Positions 63,358 through 64,000 of a stretch of 64,000 nucleotides of DNA are shown piece by piece; positions within the stretch are counted from its first letter, which is position 1; each line of letters opens with the position of its first letter. A program made the position numbers and the translations under genes. Under the pieces are notes generated by a model that worked only from the letters and a program-made list of their open reading frames with translations, did no database searches and had not been told where the DNA came from. Source of the stretch: an uncultured Actinomycetes bacterium (GTDB lineage Bacteria > Actinomycetota > Actinomycetes > S36-B12 > CAIYMF01). The stretch is from contig CAVSQK010000041.1 of NCBI GenBank assembly GCA_963729885.1, positions 9,741 through 73,740 on the forward strand, read 5' to 3'.

Positions 63358-64000
63358 ATGTCCATCGAGGTCCACGACGGGGTCACCGCCGAGGTGGGTC
63401 GGATGCAGGTGCGTCGCGTCCTTCCGCGTCGGCGGCTGCGCACGATCGGCGCGTGGTGCTTCGCCGACCACATGGGCCCTGCGGAGGTCACCGAGACCGC
63501 AGGCCTGGATGTCGGGCCGCACCCGCACACCGGGCTGCAGACCGTGACCTGGCTGATGGAGGGAGCGGTGCTGCACCGCGACAGCCTCGGCTCCGAGCAG
63601 CTCATCCGCCCCGGCCAGGTGAACCTGATGACCGCGGGGCGGGGCGTGGTCCACGCCGAGGAGAACTCGGGCACCTACCGCGGGACCCTGCAGGGGATGC
63701 AGCTCTGGGTCGCGCAGCCCGACGACATGCGGCACGGCGATCCCGGGTTCGAGCACCACGCGGACCTGCCCGTCGTCGAGTGGGACCGGGCCTCGCGCGA
63801 CGCTGATCGCCGGGAGCTACCTCGGCGCGACGTCACCGGCGGCGTTCGCCACCGAGCTCCTGGGCATGCAGGCGACCATCCAGCCCGGAGTGACGACGTT
63901 CCCGCTGCGCCCGGAGTTCGAGCACGCGATCATCGCCCTCGACGGGCCCCTTCTGGTGGGCGGCGAGCCGGCCGCTGCCCGGGCCGCCGCGAGTCCCGGG
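63358..64000 (+). pseudogene. pirin family protein; 3' end beyond the window; one frameshift
   Basis: ATG at 63358, an open-ended ORF not in the track. Motifs read directly: RRVLPRRRLRTIGAWCFADH, GPHPHTGLQTVTWLMEGAVLHRDSLG, GRGVVHAEEN and MQLWVAQP. After VVEWD (about 63795) the sensible continuation (TLIAGSYLGATSPAAFATELLGMQATIQPG) is in another frame. Confidence 0.75.

Overview
High-GC actinobacterial chromosome segment, about 70% GC by eye. Positions 1-42.3 kb and 60.3-64 kb are a housekeeping backbone. From memory, the gene order resembles the Mycobacterium tuberculosis Rv0985c-Rv1020 neighbourhood. Genes present: mfd, a CysQ-like phosphatase, pth, rplY, prs, tdk, glmU, tRNA-Gln, TetR and MarR regulators, an ABC-F ATPase, manA, ispE, a purple-acid-type phosphoesterase, rsmA, tatD, metG, rsmI, a protein O-mannosyltransferase, a WS/DGAT acyltransferase, tRNA-Ala, the sepX(glpR)-GNAT-moeA(glp) division cluster, 5-formyl-THF cyclo-ligase, an FmdB zinc ribbon, a SAF-domain protein, mscL, a PAC2 protein, an ABC-2 exporter pair, a secreted nuclease-LTD-FN3 protein, an NCS2 purine permease and an ArsB/NhaD permease. 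Positions 42.3-60.25 kb look accessory. This ~18 kb block lies between an intact tRNA-Arg(CCT) and a 42-nt direct copy of that tRNA's 3' half. It has no integrase. It carries an IS481-family insertion with a 15-bp target duplication, a decayed aminoglycoside 6-adenylyltransferase gene, gene stubs, duplicated HAD and alpha/beta-hydrolase genes, and a NarL-type two-component module. A second tRNA-linked oddity is a threefold ~113-bp tandem module downstream of tRNA-Ala that re-uses the tRNA 3' end. The window also contains roughly 40 single-base reading-frame breaks, mostly at G/C homopolymers, spread unevenly among genes. Many calls below therefore have to be stitched from two to five ORF-track frames. 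I cannot tell from sequence alone whether these breaks are assembly errors or real decay. I did not find a CRISPR array, an rRNA gene, or a convincingly novel multi-gene system. The candidates worth follow-up are listed with modest scores.
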